This document shows positions 1 to 9,639 of a stretch of 64,000 nucleotides of DNA, piece after piece (positions within the stretch are counted from its first letter, which is position 1; every line of letters begins with the position of its first letter). The stretch spans positions 32,001 to 96,000 of the forward strand of contig JASLXV010000038.1 of NCBI GenBank assembly GCA_030740155.1, in the 5' to 3' direction. Under the pieces are notes generated by a model, which was not told the origin of the DNA, ran no database searches, and saw only the letters and a program-made list of their open reading frames with translations. Both the position numbers and the translations under genes were made by a program. The DNA is from Dehalococcoidia bacterium. Lineage in GTDB: Bacteria; Chloroflexota; Dehalococcoidia; Lucifugimonadales; UBA3495.

Positions 1-1132
1 CCGGCTGCTGCGGGGTTCGGGCCACATCCTGAGGGTGCCGTCCATCGACCTGGCCGAGGTGGGGGCCGGCGGAGGCAGCATCGCCACCGTGGACAAAAGC
101 GGCTCCCTGCGAGTTGGGCCGCAAAGCTCCGGCGCGGTGCCGGGGCCGGCCTGCTACGGCCAGGGCGGCCAGGAAGCCACCGTCACCGATGCCGATGTCC
201 TCCTGGGGTATCTGAACCCCGGCCACCTGCTCGGAGGAGCGTTTACCCTGGATGTGGAGTTGGCCCGCCAGGCCGTCATCCGGAGCGTGGCCCAACCCCT
301 GGGTTTCACCGAAATTGAGGCCGCTCACGGGATTCATACCCTGGTTAATTCAAACATGGGACGGGCGCTCCGGGCGGTATCCAGCGAGCGCGGGCGAGAC
401 CCTCGACGCTTCGTCCTCTTCGCCTTCGGCGGCGGCGGTCCGGTGCACGCCGCGGGCTTGGCCGAGATGCTGGACATCACCAGCATCGTCGTCCCTCCCT
501 TCCCCGGAGTCTTCAGCTCCTTCGGCCTCCTGGTTGCCGACGTGGAGTACCACTTCGTTCAAACGTACTTCAAAACGTTTGACGAGCTTGACATAAGCGC
601 ACTTCGAACGATCTTGGAAGGGCTCTGGGAGCAGGGCCACCGGGAGTTGCTCGCCGAAGGGTTCGAAGACGCCAGCCATCAGGTCCTCACCCAGGTTGAC
701 ATGAAGTACCAGGGGCAGGCCTCAGAGCTGACCGTGTTGATGCCCCCGGGGGAGGTCACCCGGGAAACCTTGACCAGGTTGGGGCAGGATTTCGAGGCCG
801 AGCACGAGAAGAGTTTTGGCTACCGTGCCGATGCCTCCTATCAGATGGTAAATCTGAGGGTCATCGCCCGCGGCCTGTCCCAGGAGTCCCGAATGCCGGA
901 GCGGATGCAGCTGTCCGCGGCGGCGCGGCCTGCGGCGGAGTCACAGCGCCGGGTCTACTTTGGGCGTCGCCACGGCTGGACCGACGCCCCCGTGATCGAC
1001 CGGAGCGACCTGGACGGCGCCGTCACGGAAGGGCCTTTGATCATTGAGGAGTACGATTCCACCAGCGTGGTGCCGCCCGGCTGGAAAGCGTCGGTGGACC
1101 AGTGGAAGAATATCCACCTCGAGAAAATGTAG
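1..1132 (+). CDS. Hydantoinase A / 5-oxoprolinase family ATP-binding subunit (5'-partial)
   Basis: Motifs IDLAEVGAGGGSIA, VGPQSSGAVPGPACYG, ATVTDA, AFGGGGPVHA, GPLIIEEYDST; the frame is open from the window edge, so the true start lies upstream. Confidence 0.9.
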   Translation, partial: RLLRGSGHILRVPSIDLAEVGAGGGSIATVDKSGSLRVGPQSSGAVPGPACYGQGGQEATVTDADVLLGYLNPGHLLGGAFTLDVELARQAVIRSVAQPLGFTEIEAAHGIHTLVNSNMGRALRAVSSERGRDPRRFVLFAFGGGGPVHAAGLAEMLDITSIVVPPFPGVFSSFGLLVADVEYHFVQTYFKTFDELDISALRTILEGLWEQGHRELLAEGFEDASHQVLTQVDMKYQGQASELTVLMPPGEVTRETLTRLGQDFEAEHEKSFGYRADASYQMVNLRVIARGLSQESRMPERMQLSAAARPAAESQRRVYFGRRHGWTDAPVIDRSDLDGAVTEGPLIIEEYDSTSVVPPGWKASVDQWKNIHLEKM

Positions 1133-1145
1133 CCTGGGCCAGATG

Positions 1146-1211
1146 CCCTCACCCTCGTTCCCTCTCCCACCGGGAGAGGGATGCCCCGGCGCAGCCGGGG
1201 CTGAGTGAGGG
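1146..1211. repeat. Palindromic REP-like element (CCCTCACCC...CCCTCTCCC-GGGAGAGGG...GTGAGGG family)
   Basis: 66-bp nested inverted repeat; close inverted copy at 49083-49148, partial copy at 63728-63759. Confidence 0.8.
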
Positions 1212-1270
1212 GCAGGAGAGATCGAAGCAACCGGCAGGTGTCTCGAAAGAGTGTGGGAAAGGAGGCCGCC

Positions 1271-3010
1271 ATGCGGCAGGGTACCGACCCAGTTACCAGA
1301 GAGATCATCAAGAACGCCCTCATGGGCGCCGCCGATACCATGGCCTTGACGGTGGTGCGCACCGCCCGGTCCGCGGTTATCAAGGACGGCATGGACTTTT
1401 CCACCGCCCTCTTTACCGCCGGTGGACAGCAGGTCGCCCAGGGGCTGACTCTCCCGGCTCATCTGGGCTCCATGGCCCCGGCCCTGGAGGGGGTCCGCAA
1501 CGCCTTCGGGGACGATGTCCACCCCGGTGACGTGTTCGCCAACAACGACCCCTACGAAGGTGGCAGCCACCTTCCTGACATCTTTCTCTTCAAGCCCATA
1601 TTCGTTCATGACACCCACATCGGCTGGAGCTGCTGCATTGGGCACCAGACGGATATCGGAGGCAGAGTCGCCGGGGGCAACGCCTGCGACAACACGGAGA
1701 TCTATCAGGAGGGGCTGCTGATACCCCCGATCAAGCTCTACGAGGCCGGGGTCTTGAACCGGGCGGTGTGGCGAATCCTGGAGAAGAACGTGCGGGTGCC
1801 GGAGAAGGTGCTGGGGGACGTTCAAGCGCTGCTGGCCGCCGTCCGGTTCGGCGAACGGGACCTGCTGCGCCTGGTGGACGAGTACGGCCTGGAGGAGTTG
1901 AAAGGCTACATGGCCGACATTCTGGACACTACGGAGCAACTCACCCGGGCCGAGTTCGCCGCCCTGCCCCATGGAGAGTGGGAGTTCACCGACTACATCG
2001 ACAACGACGGCATCGACCTCAGGCCCATCGCCATTCATGCCAAGGTGAAGATCGAGGGCGACGAGGTGTTCGTTGATTTCGCCGGCACCTCGCCGCAAGC
2101 CAAGGGGTCCATCAACCCCAACTTCGCCTACACCAAGTCCCAGGTCTACGCCGTGATGAAGTGCCTGATAGACCCGGCCATCCAGTCGAACAGCGGCTTC
2201 TTCAGGCCCTTCCACATAACCGCCCCGGAAGGGTGCTTCGTCAACCCCCAGCACCCGGCGCCGGTGGCCGCCAGGGGCCTGGCCGGTTTCCGCATCTGCC
2301 ACGCCCTGTTCGGCGCCATGGCCCAGGCGTTGCCGGGCAAGGTCCCCGGCGCTTGGGGTGGCGGTGAGGTCGGCCTCAGCTTTGGAGGCTACCACCCCGA
2401 CCGCAAGGCGTGGGTGTACCTGGAGTTCAACAACGACGGTCCCCGCGGGGGCGGCCCCTACATCGACGGCGCCGACGGACTGGCCGCGCCCATTCACAAT
2501 ATGGCCAACACTCCCATTGAGAGCATCGAGGCGGACCAGCCGCTTCTCGTGGAACAGTTTGGGCTGGTCGCCGACACCGGGGGCGCTGGCAAGTACCGTG
2601 GCGGCTTGGGCATCGTCCGGCAGTTCCGGGTCCTGGCCGAGGAAGCCACCTTTCAGCTCCGTTCCGACCGTACCGACTTTCTGCCCTGGGGTGCGGAAGG
2701 CGGCAAACCCGGCACGCCCACCAAGAACTACTTGAACCCGGATACCGAGAACCGGGAGCTGCCCGGCAAACACCTGATGACCCTGAAGAAGGGGGATGTC
2801 TACCGGCTCATCCAGGCCGGAGCGGGAGGGTATGGAGATCCCCTGGACCGGGATGCCGCCGCAGTGCTGGAGGATGTCCGGCAGGAGAAGCTGACCGTGG
2901 ACCACGTGCGCCGTGAGTATGGTGTGGTTGTCAGCCCGGACAAGCTGGAATTGGACCAGGAAGCAACCGAAGAGCTTCGGGCAAAGATGAGAGCAGGGGA
3001 GACCGATTAG
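1271..3010 (+). CDS. Hydantoinase B / oxoprolinase family subunit
   Basis: DPVTREII N-terminus, NDPYEGGSHLPD, HQTDIGG, EIYQEGL, GGAGKYRGG, GAGGYGDP; GGAGG before ATG 1271. Confidence 0.92.
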   Translation: MRQGTDPVTREIIKNALMGAADTMALTVVRTARSAVIKDGMDFSTALFTAGGQQVAQGLTLPAHLGSMAPALEGVRNAFGDDVHPGDVFANNDPYEGGSHLPDIFLFKPIFVHDTHIGWSCCIGHQTDIGGRVAGGNACDNTEIYQEGLLIPPIKLYEAGVLNRAVWRILEKNVRVPEKVLGDVQALLAAVRFGERDLLRLVDEYGLEELKGYMADILDTTEQLTRAEFAALPHGEWEFTDYIDNDGIDLRPIAIHAKVKIEGDEVFVDFAGTSPQAKGSINPNFAYTKSQVYAVMKCLIDPAIQSNSGFFRPFHITAPEGCFVNPQHPAPVAARGLAGFRICHALFGAMAQALPGKVPGAWGGGEVGLSFGGYHPDRKAWVYLEFNNDGPRGGGPYIDGADGLAAPIHNMANTPIESIEADQPLLVEQFGLVADTGGAGKYRGGLGIVRQFRVLAEEATFQLRSDRTDFLPWGAEGGKPGTPTKNYLNPDTENRELPGKHLMTLKKGDVYRLIQAGAGGYGDPLDRDAAAVLEDVRQEKLTVDHVRREYGVVVSPDKLELDQEATEELRAKMRAGETD

Positions 3011-3050
3011 GGCCTGTTGCGAAGGCGCGAGGCCGGGCGGATACCGTGAC

Positions 3051-3372
3051 GTAGGGGCGCAATATATTGCGCCCCTACACCGACATTCATCCTGACGCTA
3101 GATCGCCGAACACCTCTCTTGAACCAGCTTGGGCGGGTACCATGTGGCATGGGCGCAATATATTGCGCTCCTACACCGACATTCATCCTGACGCTAGATC
3201 GCCGAACACCTCTCTTGAACCAGCTTGGGTGGGTACCGTGACGCAGGGGCGCAATATATTTCGCCCCTACACCGACGTTCATCCTGATGCTAATTTGCCA
3301 GACATCTCTCTCGAACCAACTTGGGCGGGTACCGTGAGGTAGGGGCGCAATATATTTCTCCCCTACACCGAC
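3051..3372. repeat. Tandem array of 96-bp units, each with a GTAG-type REP palindrome
   Basis: GTAGGGGCGCAATATATTGCGCCCCTAC and variants start at 3051, 3147, 3243, 3339; the 68-bp linkers are near-identical. Confidence 0.92.
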
Positions 3373-3378
3373 TCCCGG

Positions 3379-3576
3379 CTACTCCAGGTAGGTCGAGGGG
3401 TCGGCCATGAACTTGCTACGGCACTCCAGGCCGCAGAAGTAGTACCACTTCCCGTCGTGGAACCTTCGAGTGCCTTGGTTTGGGTCCACCTCGGCCGCGC
3501 CAAACTGGGTTTGGCCCGTCTGGGCCCGCGCCTGGGCCTCGTCAATCTCTTTTCCGCAAACTGGGTCTTTGGCCAT
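3379..3576 (-). CDS. YHS/TRASH domain small protein
   Basis: DPVCG...GKWYYFCGLECRSKFMADP signature; GGAGA upstream. Confidence 0.88.
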   Translation of the reverse strand: MAKDPVCGKEIDEAQARAQTGQTQFGAAEVDPNQGTRRFHDGKWYYFCGLECRSKFMADPSTYLE

Positions 3577-3617
3577 CGATCATTCTCCAATGGTGAAATT
3601 CGCCCTGAGGAGGGTGC

Positions 3618-4793
3618 TCAGGGTACCGGGGCCACGGGCACCCCTAGCCGGACTCGGCCCGGCTGGTCCAAAAGCGCCCGGGCTACCTTGGCCCGATGCT
3701 CGAAGGTGGTGCCCAGCCGCATGGTCCAGGCCGTGACCCGCCGGTACCACAGGTGGAGGTCGAACTCCATCATGAATCCGATGCCCCCGTGGATCGACTG
3801 GGAGGACCGCACCACGGCCAGGCACTTTTCGTTACAGAAGGCCTTGGCCTGGGATACCTCGACACCGGCCGGCATCCCCTGGTCCATCTTCCAGAGGGCC
3901 TCATAGGTCAGGAGGTGGCCTCCATCGACCCAGATGATCATGTCGGCACACAGATGTTGGATGGACTGGAAGGAGCCGATGGGCCGGCCGAAGGCCACGC
4001 GGCCCTTGGCGTACTCGATGGCCATTTCGGCGTCTTTTCTGGTGGCGCCCACGATCTGGCAGCAGAGCAAAACCGTGGCCTCTTCCAGCATCCGCTCGGC
4101 GATGGGCCAGCCCTGGTTTAGCTCGCCCACCAGGTTCGCCTTGGGCACCCTCACTTTGTCAAAGGTGACCCGGCTTTGCTTATCCTTCGCCAGGGTGGTG
4201 AACAGGGTGTGACATATACCGGGGCTGTTGGTATCCACTAGGAGCAATGAGATGCCCTTGCTGCCGGAGGATCCCTTGGCGGTACGGCACGCCACCAGAC
4301 ACTTCTCGGCGGCATTGAAGTTGTCCACGAACATCTTGGTCCCGCTGAGGACGAAGCTGTCCCCATCGACGGCCGCTTCAGCCTTGACGGCCTCGGGTGT
4401 CAAGCGGGGGTCCCGCTCCTGGAACGCCCAGGTCATGACCATCTCTCCCCGGCACACCGCCGGGAGGGTCGCCTGCCGCTGCTCTTCGGTTCCTTCCCTG
4501 GCGATGGTCAGAGCGGGGACGCTGGTGCTGTGCAATGGGATGGGAGCGAGGGACCGGCCGATTTCCTCCAGGATGAGACCCAAGTAGGTTAGGGGCAGCC
4601 CCTGGCCGCCGTAACTCTCCGGGAGGGCCATGCCAAACCAGCCCAAGTCGGTCATCTTCTTCATCAGCTCGGGAGGGTAGCCCAGGTCATCCTTCTCCAT
4701 TTCCCGGGCCAGGTTGGGCGAACACTCTCCCTCCAGGAATTCCCTGGCCAGGTTTTTCACCATCTGTTCTTCTTCGTTTAGCACCAAGTCCAT
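3618..4793 (-). CDS. Acyl-CoA dehydrogenase family protein
   Basis: MDLVLNEEEQMV start, LPESYGGQG, LSGTKMFV, YAKGRVAFGRPIGSFQSIQH, IHGGIGF. Confidence 0.92.
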   Translation of the reverse strand: MDLVLNEEEQMVKNLAREFLEGECSPNLAREMEKDDLGYPPELMKKMTDLGWFGMALPESYGGQGLPLTYLGLILEEIGRSLAPIPLHSTSVPALTIAREGTEEQRQATLPAVCRGEMVMTWAFQERDPRLTPEAVKAEAAVDGDSFVLSGTKMFVDNFNAAEKCLVACRTAKGSSGSKGISLLLVDTNSPGICHTLFTTLAKDKQSRVTFDKVRVPKANLVGELNQGWPIAERMLEEATVLLCCQIVGATRKDAEMAIEYAKGRVAFGRPIGSFQSIQHLCADMIIWVDGGHLLTYEALWKMDQGMPAGVEVSQAKAFCNEKCLAVVRSSQSIHGGIGFMMEFDLHLWYRRVTAWTMRLGTTFEHRAKVARALLDQPGRVRLGVPVAPVP

Positions 4794-4807
4794 GGTGTTC
4801 CCCTTAG

Positions 4808-4853
4808 AATCCCCCCTCGTCTCCATTTCCTGAAGGTGGCGAGGGGGGGGATT
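4808..4853. repeat. Intergenic inverted repeat (AATCCCCCCTCG...CGAGGGGGGGGATT)
   Basis: Visible hairpin between the two acyl-CoA dehydrogenase genes; ends resemble the GGGGGATT repeat family at 49214 and 61473. Confidence 0.5.
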
Positions 4854-4889
4854 GGCCGCGTTTTGTTGGGAAGGGAATCAGCCGGTTTG

Positions 4890-6092
4890 TTATCCCCGAG
4901 GCATGCCGAGGCCCCGGCGTGCCACCTGGTCGCGCATGACCTGGACGCTGCCGTGGTTTATCCCCGACTCGAAGGCGCCCATGAGGTTGTGGGCGAACAG
5001 TCCGTCCTCGATGTTGTCCTCGGAGCTGCTCAAAAGCTGGGCGTAGGGCCCAAGAATCTGGCTGATGGCCTCGGTGGTCTTGACCCCGTGCTCCGGCGCC
5101 CACACTTTTTCAGCCGAGCCCTCGTAAGTAAAGTGGCCGCCATGCTCCACGATGGACATGCTGCGCATGGTCATCAGGCGGCAGACCTGGGCTTCGATCC
5201 ACAGCTCCGCCAACTTGTCCCTGACCGCCGGGTCTTCGGTCAAGGAATGGCCGTCCATCTTGTTCTCCTTGACCCAGTTGATGATGTCCTCGTCTCGGCG
5301 CACCGAAATCAGATACCGGTTGGCGCCCACTCGGTCCAGGTTCAAACCCATGGCGCCAACGTACCATCCCCGGTTCTCCTCGCCCAGCAAAGCCGACGCG
5401 GGGACCCGCACGTCTTCGTAGAAGGTCTCGTTGGTCCGCTTGTTGCCGTAGGTTGTGCCGGTGGGTGCGGGGGGATCGCTCTGAATGGTCCAGAGCGGAC
5501 GCACGGTGATGCCCGGGGTATCCATGGGCACCAGGAAGATGGAGATGCCCCGGTGCCTGGGGGCGTCCGGGTCGGTGCGGCACATCAGATAGACGTGGGT
5601 GGCATAGTGAGCCGAGGAAGTGTACATCTTCTGGCCGTTGATTACGTAATCGTCGCCATCCTTCACCGCCCGGCATTGAAGGCCCGCCAGGTCGGCGCCC
5701 GCCTGAGGCTCGGTAAACCCCAGGGCAAAGGTGATCTCCCCGTTGATGAGGCCGGGAAGGAAGTATTTCTTCTGCTCCTCGGTGCCCGCCGCCAGGATCG
5801 CCGGAGCACCGCTACCGGCGCTGCCCATGGTTACCCCGACCCGGGCGAACTCCTCTTCGACGATGTACTGGTCCAAACGGCTGCCACCCTGGCCGCCGTA
5901 CTCCTTGGGCCAGCTGATGCCCATCCAACCCCGGTCCGCGGCCTTCTTCTGCAGCGCCCGGAGGTTGGGCCCTCGGCCCCCTTCCAGGGTGTCTTCTATT
6001 TCCGACAGCACTTCCGGGGTAACGTTCTCCTTGATGAACTGGCGCACATCCTGGCGAAGGTCTTCCTGTTTTGTTGCGAATCCAAAGTCCAT
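4890..6092 (-). CDS. Acyl-CoA dehydrogenase family protein (FadE26/FadE29-like subunit)
   Basis: MDFGF start, WPKEYGGQG, GFTEPQAGADLAGL, INGQKMYTS, HRGISIFLVPMDTPGI, ARRGLGMPR end. Confidence 0.92.
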   Translation of the reverse strand: MDFGFATKQEDLRQDVRQFIKENVTPEVLSEIEDTLEGGRGPNLRALQKKAADRGWMGISWPKEYGGQGGSRLDQYIVEEEFARVGVTMGSAGSGAPAILAAGTEEQKKYFLPGLINGEITFALGFTEPQAGADLAGLQCRAVKDGDDYVINGQKMYTSSAHYATHVYLMCRTDPDAPRHRGISIFLVPMDTPGITVRPLWTIQSDPPAPTGTTYGNKRTNETFYEDVRVPASALLGEENRGWYVGAMGLNLDRVGANRYLISVRRDEDIINWVKENKMDGHSLTEDPAVRDKLAELWIEAQVCRLMTMRSMSIVEHGGHFTYEGSAEKVWAPEHGVKTTEAISQILGPYAQLLSSSEDNIEDGLFAHNLMGAFESGINHGSVQVMRDQVARRGLGMPRG

Positions 6093-6324
6093 GGCGTACC
6101 TCTTATAGCTTCGCTTGTCTGCGGAACGGCAGGGCGTCCCGGCCTGGCGGCAAGCCCAACGCCCCCTCTGAAACCCGTGCTCCGTGGGATGGATTCGCCC
6201 GCGGCGGATGAATGAGGGTGATGTCTTGCTGGTGAGCCTTTCGATTGGCAGGCGCCGGAGGAGGAGCGGTGGATATTTTGGACCCAGGCAGCCCCTCGGT
6301 ACCGCAGTGGCTCCCGCACCTGCC

Positions 6325-6353
6325 ATTTTGCTTCGCCGGATGCCTGGTGTCAA
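6325..6353 (-). promoter_or_regulatory. Putative sigma70 promoter for the acyl-CoA dehydrogenase pair
   Basis: TTGACA-17bp-CAAAAT on the minus strand. Confidence 0.5.
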
Positions 6354-7717
6354 GTGGAGGAGGATGGGGCGCGGCTCAGCAGCCCCGCCAGTTCCAAAAC
6401 ATCCTGGCCGATGGCGTCGTCCAGGTCTTCCACGCTGTCTATCATCTCCTCGATCCCGTCTTCGCTGAGGACCCGCGCGGCGCACTGGCGCACCTTGGCC
6501 AGCCGTTCCTCCCGGCTGAGCGGGTTACCCCAGATTCCCCGGGGCCGGTCACACCTCACGGAGTACTCGGCGCCGTCTTCGGTCACGACCGTGACGATAA
6601 TCCACATCTGGTCGAAATCCGTCGGGATGTTTGGGTCCATCGTAAGACGGGTTTTGGCGAGCAAAGATTGCGGCCCGGGCCGGTGCAGCATTCGCTCGGT
6701 GAAAGTATCCATGGTAATCTGGCCGTCCCATAGAGCCGACGCCACCGTGTATTGGAAGCTGAACTTCCCGTCCAGCCCGGTGCTGGGCGATGGACGGTCG
6801 ACGTACTGCATCACCGGGGTCTCGATATGCACCGACCGAATCTTGGCCGGGTCGATGCCGTGGGTTTGGCGAAGCTCCAGGGCGGCGTCTATGCCCCGGT
6901 GGGTGCCGTACTGGCTGGGGTGCTTTTTGATGGCGATTCCGGGGTCCACCATGCGATAGGGGTTGCCGAAGTCTCGGGTCACCGCCGGCAAATCGAAGCC
7001 CTCTCCGAACAGCACGGCGACGTAGCCGTTGCGGTGCTCGAACACGTCCGGGTTGGCGGTGAACCCCTTGGCGGCCAACAAGGCCGCCTCCAGCCCCATC
7101 CTGCCGGCGTTGCCGCAGTGGGTGGACTTGGTCATGGTGCCGGTGTTGGCGGATACGGTCCCGGCCCGGGAGGCGGCGAGACCGAGGGCCATGCGGGTCT
7201 GTTCCGGGGTTAGACGCAACATGACCGCCCCGGCGGCGGCGCTGCCCATCACCCCCACCAGTCCCGGCGGATGGAATCCCCGGGGCTCGACACCGGCGGA
7301 CGCTACCCGGATGCGCCCTTGCACCTCGAATCCCGTTACCAGGGCCGTGATGATATCCCGGCCGGATGCCTGGTGTTTCTCGGCCAGGGCCAGGATGCCG
7401 GGAAGGGTGGGGGAAGTGGCATGGGTCGGCGGGTACCACATGACCTCGTAGTCCAATACGTGCCCCGCCACGCCGTTGGCGAAAGCCGCCATCACCGGCG
7501 AGGTTTTGAGGCCTTGGCCGAAGACCGTGCAGTGGGGAGCCCCGCCCATCTCCCGGGTGTATTCAGCCACTATCCGGGCCGCCGGCTCGGTAGAGCCGGC
7601 CAGGGTCACCGCCAGGCCGTCCAGGATAACGACCTTGGCGGCTTCCACGGCCTCCGGGGGAAGTGAACTGAACTCCGCCACGGAGATCAGGTGCGCCAGC
7701 TCTTCGGTAATTGACAT
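6350..7717 (-). CDS. MmgE/PrpD family protein
   Basis: AAFANGVAGHVLDYE, GFHPPG, TMTKSTHCG, KKHPSQYGTH, KFSFQY, PRGIWGNPLS. Confidence 0.92.
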   Translation of the reverse strand: MSITEELAHLISVAEFSSLPPEAVEAAKVVILDGLAVTLAGSTEPAARIVAEYTREMGGAPHCTVFGQGLKTSPVMAAFANGVAGHVLDYEVMWYPPTHATSPTLPGILALAEKHQASGRDIITALVTGFEVQGRIRVASAGVEPRGFHPPGLVGVMGSAAAGAVMLRLTPEQTRMALGLAASRAGTVSANTGTMTKSTHCGNAGRMGLEAALLAAKGFTANPDVFEHRNGYVAVLFGEGFDLPAVTRDFGNPYRMVDPGIAIKKHPSQYGTHRGIDAALELRQTHGIDPAKIRSVHIETPVMQYVDRPSPSTGLDGKFSFQYTVASALWDGQITMDTFTERMLHRPGPQSLLAKTRLTMDPNIPTDFDQMWIIVTVVTEDGAEYSVRCDRPRGIWGNPLSREERLAKVRQCAARVLSEDGIEEMIDSVEDLDDAIGQDVLELAGLLSRAPSSST

Positions 7718-7777
7718 AACACCTCCCAAAGTCTGCACCTCAAGCTCTGGTTTTTTCTGAAAGGTTCCCCAGCGTCC

Positions 7778-9160
7778 CTACCTCGCCAGCGGGTGGGCGG
7801 CAATAATCTCCTCCCGCACCCGGGCGGCGAGCTGCTCCAGCCGAGGACTGATGGACACCGGGTAACGGGGCGGCTCGACAAGCTCTTTGAACCGATCGCC
7901 AAGGCCGCGAAAGTCTTTGGAGAACCGCTCCCGAATCTCCGCCAACGCCGGGTCGGGGCCGGTGCGGCGGCCCTCTGCCATTACTTGGGTCAGCAGAGGG
8001 GTCCCGCCGGGGATACTCTCGTCGTGCAACCCGATGATGTCCCGATCGAGCTGCCCGGCGCCATCCCGGAACCGGAAGACCTGTTTGGCGCCGGGCAACG
8101 AGACCTTGTCCGTGCTGAGCTTCATCACCGGCCGCTGGTCGTAGGACACCAGTTTGTAGGCTATGTCCGTCCAGGGGGCATCCGCCGAAACCCCCGCCTT
8201 GGTACCCACCCCGAACGTGTCGATCGGCGCCCCGGCCCGCACCAGAGCGTCCAGCTCATATTCGTCCAGGCCCCCGCTGGCCAGGATTCTGACGTAGTCC
8301 AGCCCGGCGTCGTCCAGAATCCGCCGCACGCTCCGGCTCAGCGAGTCGAAGTCCCCCGAGTCCAACCGGACCGCCAGAAGCCGGTGGCCCGCCGCCTCCA
8401 TTTCCTTGGCCACCTCCACAGCTCTGTGTGCCCCCTCGATAGTGTCGTAGGTATCCAGCAAGAAAATGCTGCGGTCGGGGAATGTGGAGGCATAAGCGCG
8501 GAATGCGTCGGTCTCCAAAGTGAAGCAGGATATGAAGGAGTGAGCCATGGTCCCGGCCGGGGGTATGCCGTACCGTTGGGCCGCCAGGACATTGCTGGTG
8601 GATTGGAACCCTGCGATGTAGCTAGAGCGCGCCATCTTCATGGCCGCGTCCGTTCCTTGCGTGCGGCGGGTGGCGAAATCGCTCAGAATGCGGCCCTGGG
8701 CCGCCCAGACGCATCGGGAGGCCTTGGTTGCCAGCAGCGTTTGAAGGTTGATCTGGTTGAGGATGAAAGTCTCGGCCAGTTGGGCTTCTATTATAGGCGC
8801 TGTCACTTCGATGGGCGGCTCGTCGGTGAAAAAGAGCCGGCCTTCGGGGATGGCCCGGACGCTGCCGGTGAAGCGGAGGCCGCCGAGATAATCCAGGAAC
8901 TCTTCCGTGAAGATGCCTGTCGAGCGAAGGTAGTCCAGGCCGGCGCCGCTGAAATGTAGGCCGGACAGGTAGTCCAGCACGTCTTGCAGGCCCGCGGCAA
9001 CGAAATAGGCCCGGCGGTGAGGGTATCTGCGGATGGACAAGCTGAAGGTGGCCGGGGCGAACATGCCCTGGCTGAAGTAGGCCTGGGCCATGGTCAGCTC
9101 ATACAGGTCGGTAAACAGGCCCAATTCTTGCCCCGGGAGAGAGGGTTCGGAGATATCCAT
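7778..9160 (-). CDS. pncB: Nicotinate phosphoribosyltransferase
   Basis: LFTDLYELTMAQAY, DFATRRTQG, TSNV, GTMAHS, LLDTYDT, VRLDSGD, ASGGLDE. Confidence 0.95.
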   Translation of the reverse strand: MDISEPSLPGQELGLFTDLYELTMAQAYFSQGMFAPATFSLSIRRYPHRRAYFVAAGLQDVLDYLSGLHFSGAGLDYLRSTGIFTEEFLDYLGGLRFTGSVRAIPEGRLFFTDEPPIEVTAPIIEAQLAETFILNQINLQTLLATKASRCVWAAQGRILSDFATRRTQGTDAAMKMARSSYIAGFQSTSNVLAAQRYGIPPAGTMAHSFISCFTLETDAFRAYASTFPDRSIFLLDTYDTIEGAHRAVEVAKEMEAAGHRLLAVRLDSGDFDSLSRSVRRILDDAGLDYVRILASGGLDEYELDALVRAGAPIDTFGVGTKAGVSADAPWTDIAYKLVSYDQRPVMKLSTDKVSLPGAKQVFRFRDGAGQLDRDIIGLHDESIPGGTPLLTQVMAEGRRTGPDPALAEIRERFSKDFRGLGDRFKELVEPPRYPVSISPRLEQLAARVREEIIAAHPLAR

Positions 9161-9395
9161 CACCCGCTAACCAGCAGCCCGGCCGTAATGCCGAATACCA
9201 CTGAACAGGGCATGGAATATGCTAACTCTGAACTTCTCATTGCGGGTCGTATGCGGGGGCAGTTCAACGGTCCTTGCGGCAGGCAAGGCCTATTATGTTG
9301 TGACCCGCGAAGCCCTGTCAACCGGAGGCAGGCGGCTCAAGCCCTTGGCTAATGCCATCGCCCCTCCCACGGGCTCGTGGCGCAACCGCAAATCC

Positions 9396-9424
9396 TTGAC
9401 ATGATAGCCCGCCCTTAGTACCAT
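9396..9424 (+). promoter_or_regulatory. Putative sigma70 promoter upstream of the SAM riboswitch
   Basis: TTGACA-17bp-TACCAT. Confidence 0.6.
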
Positions 9425-9456
9425 AATTCCTGTTAACAATCGAATAGCGCAATAAA

Positions 9457-9595
9457 ACCCTTTATCCAGAACGGCAGAGGGGACGGCCCGAAGAAGCCTG
9501 GCAACCGGTCCTTGCCCGAGACACGATCCCGGGCAAGATACGGTGCTAATTCCGGCGTCCTTCCAGCGAGTGCTGGAAGGACGAGAGATGAGGGG
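9457..9595 (+). ncRNA. SAM-I (S-box) riboswitch aptamer
   Basis: TTATCCAGA..GGCAGAGGGGACGGCCCGAAGAAGCC..GGCAACC...GGTGCTAATTCC...GAGATGAG matches the SAM-I core; lies upstream of mtnA...metK. Confidence 0.93.
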
Positions 9596-9611
9596 GCTTG
9601 GGATAAACTTG

Positions 9612-9639
9612 AGCTTCTCTCCTATGAGAAGCTTTTTTT
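9612..9639 (+). terminator. Intrinsic terminator (riboswitch expression platform)
   Basis: AGCTTCTC-loop-GAGAAGCT followed by a T run. Confidence 0.85.

Noticed and set aside
941..2905. 654-aa antisense ORF, and similar ones at 37306-38898, 43528-44973, 4836-6215 and 9546-10787
   Set aside because: Shadow frames opposite well-supported genes, expected with high-GC codon bias
3007..3342. Two 91-aa repeat ORFs on opposite strands
   Set aside because: By-products of the 96-bp (32-codon) period of the array; no RBS or family signal
3051..3372. CRISPR array
   Set aside because: The would-be spacers are near-identical 68-bp copies, the repeats vary as much as the linkers, and no cas genes are in the window
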